Assembly: GCA_965262115.1 (NCBI GenBank)
Contig: OZ253496.1
Coordinates: 1,696,001-1,760,000 of the forward strand
Direction of reading: 5' to 3'
DNA: 64,000 nucleotides
Source: Nitrospinales bacterium
GTDB taxonomy: Bacteria; Nitrospinota; Nitrospinia; Nitrospinales; VA-1
Shown: positions 63,448-64,000 of the stretch, piece after piece
Numbering within the stretch: position 1 is the stretch's first letter
Layout: each line of letters starts with the position of its first letter
The notes under the pieces: model-generated
Seen by the model: the letters and a program-made list of their open reading frames with translations, nothing else
Database searches by the model: none
What the model was told of the DNA's origin: nothing
Program-made: the position numbers and the translations under genes

Positions 63448-64000
63448 TTATTTTGCGCAACGAAAACCGGCAAAGTTTAATCGTTTGCCAGGTTTGGCGT
63501 CGGTACGGTCTGCAGGCCGCGTTCCGACGGCGTAATTGATCCACGAGCCTCCACGCATGACCTTGCGCTGACCTTTCAAAGGGCCTTTGGGGTTTTTTGT
63601 CGGCGAGTTTCCGTAATATTCTTTTCCATACCAATCGGACACCCATTCATAAACATTGCCGCCCATGTCATGCAAACCATATCCATTCGGGGGGAAGCTC
63701 CCTACCGGAGCGGTGGTTTCAAATCCATCCTTGAACTGTTTTGCTTTCCATCTTTTGTCACAATGAAGGTCGCAAAAATTAGCTTTGCCTGACTGAACTT
63801 CATTTCCCCAGAAATAAATATTTTCTTCTCCTCCTTTGGCGGCGATTTCCCACTCCGCTTCTGTCGGCAGGCGTTTGTCCTCTGACTTGCAATATTGCCG
63901 GGCTTCCCCCCAGGTCACTTTTTCCACAGGCAAACTCTTGCCTTTGAACCCGGATGGGTTGTTCCCCATTTTTCCGGCGAACTCTTCCTGGGTGATTTCA
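63448..64000 (-). CDS. SUMF1/FGE-domain protein, 3' part (5' truncated by window edge)
   Basis: Frame open to window end; RLPTEAEWE, GLHDMGGNVYEW, RGGSW, GFRC. Confidence 0.88.
   Translation of the reverse strand, partial: EITQEEFAGKMGNNPSGFKGKSLPVEKVTWGEARQYCKSEDKRLPTEAEWEIAAKGGEENIYFWGNEVQSGKANFCDLHCDKRWKAKQFKDGFETTAPVGSFPPNGYGLHDMGGNVYEWVSDWYGKEYYGNSPTKNPKGPLKGQRKVMRGGSWINYAVGTRPADRTDAKPGKRLNFAGFRCAK

Overview
Bacterial chromosomal window of mostly housekeeping genes: clpC (3' part), bamA-skp-skp-fabZ-lpxA-gnnA-like-lpxI-lpxB, glnB-glnA-glnE, cimA/lysC, ADP-heptose genes, radC, fmt/def, argJC, rpsI/rplM, squalene-hopene cyclase, a TonB receptor, lon-clpX-clpP-tig, orn, a glnD-like gene, DAHP synthase and a sigma54-controlled redox module. 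It is probably from a Nitrospina/Nitrospinota-like Gram-negative organism (inference from gene content only). The most interesting signal is non-coding. Two near-identical IS110 elements carry a left end that reads as a bridge RNA: target guides TTTACCCCT/CCCGAAG, donor guides ACAGTTGC/CAAG, and a predicted circle-junction promoter TTGACA-N17-TATGTT. The guides match the hairpin of a dispersed ~38-40 nt mini-element (GTGAT...TGCCCC-NNN-GGGGTA). That mini-element is itself inserted, without target duplication, into a 9-bp-TSD MITE family, into a diverged ~52-bp-core REPIN-like family and into copies of itself, giving a multi-level nested parasite hierarchy. Other oddities: an exact 820-bp tandem duplication of skp, a MITE read through inside a broken DUF898 gene, a probable ApgM pseudoenzyme, a duplicated TonB-box/plug segment and a His-rich insert in trigger factor. 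No rRNA, tRNA or CRISPR array was seen. All calls were made by eye; no database searches were run.
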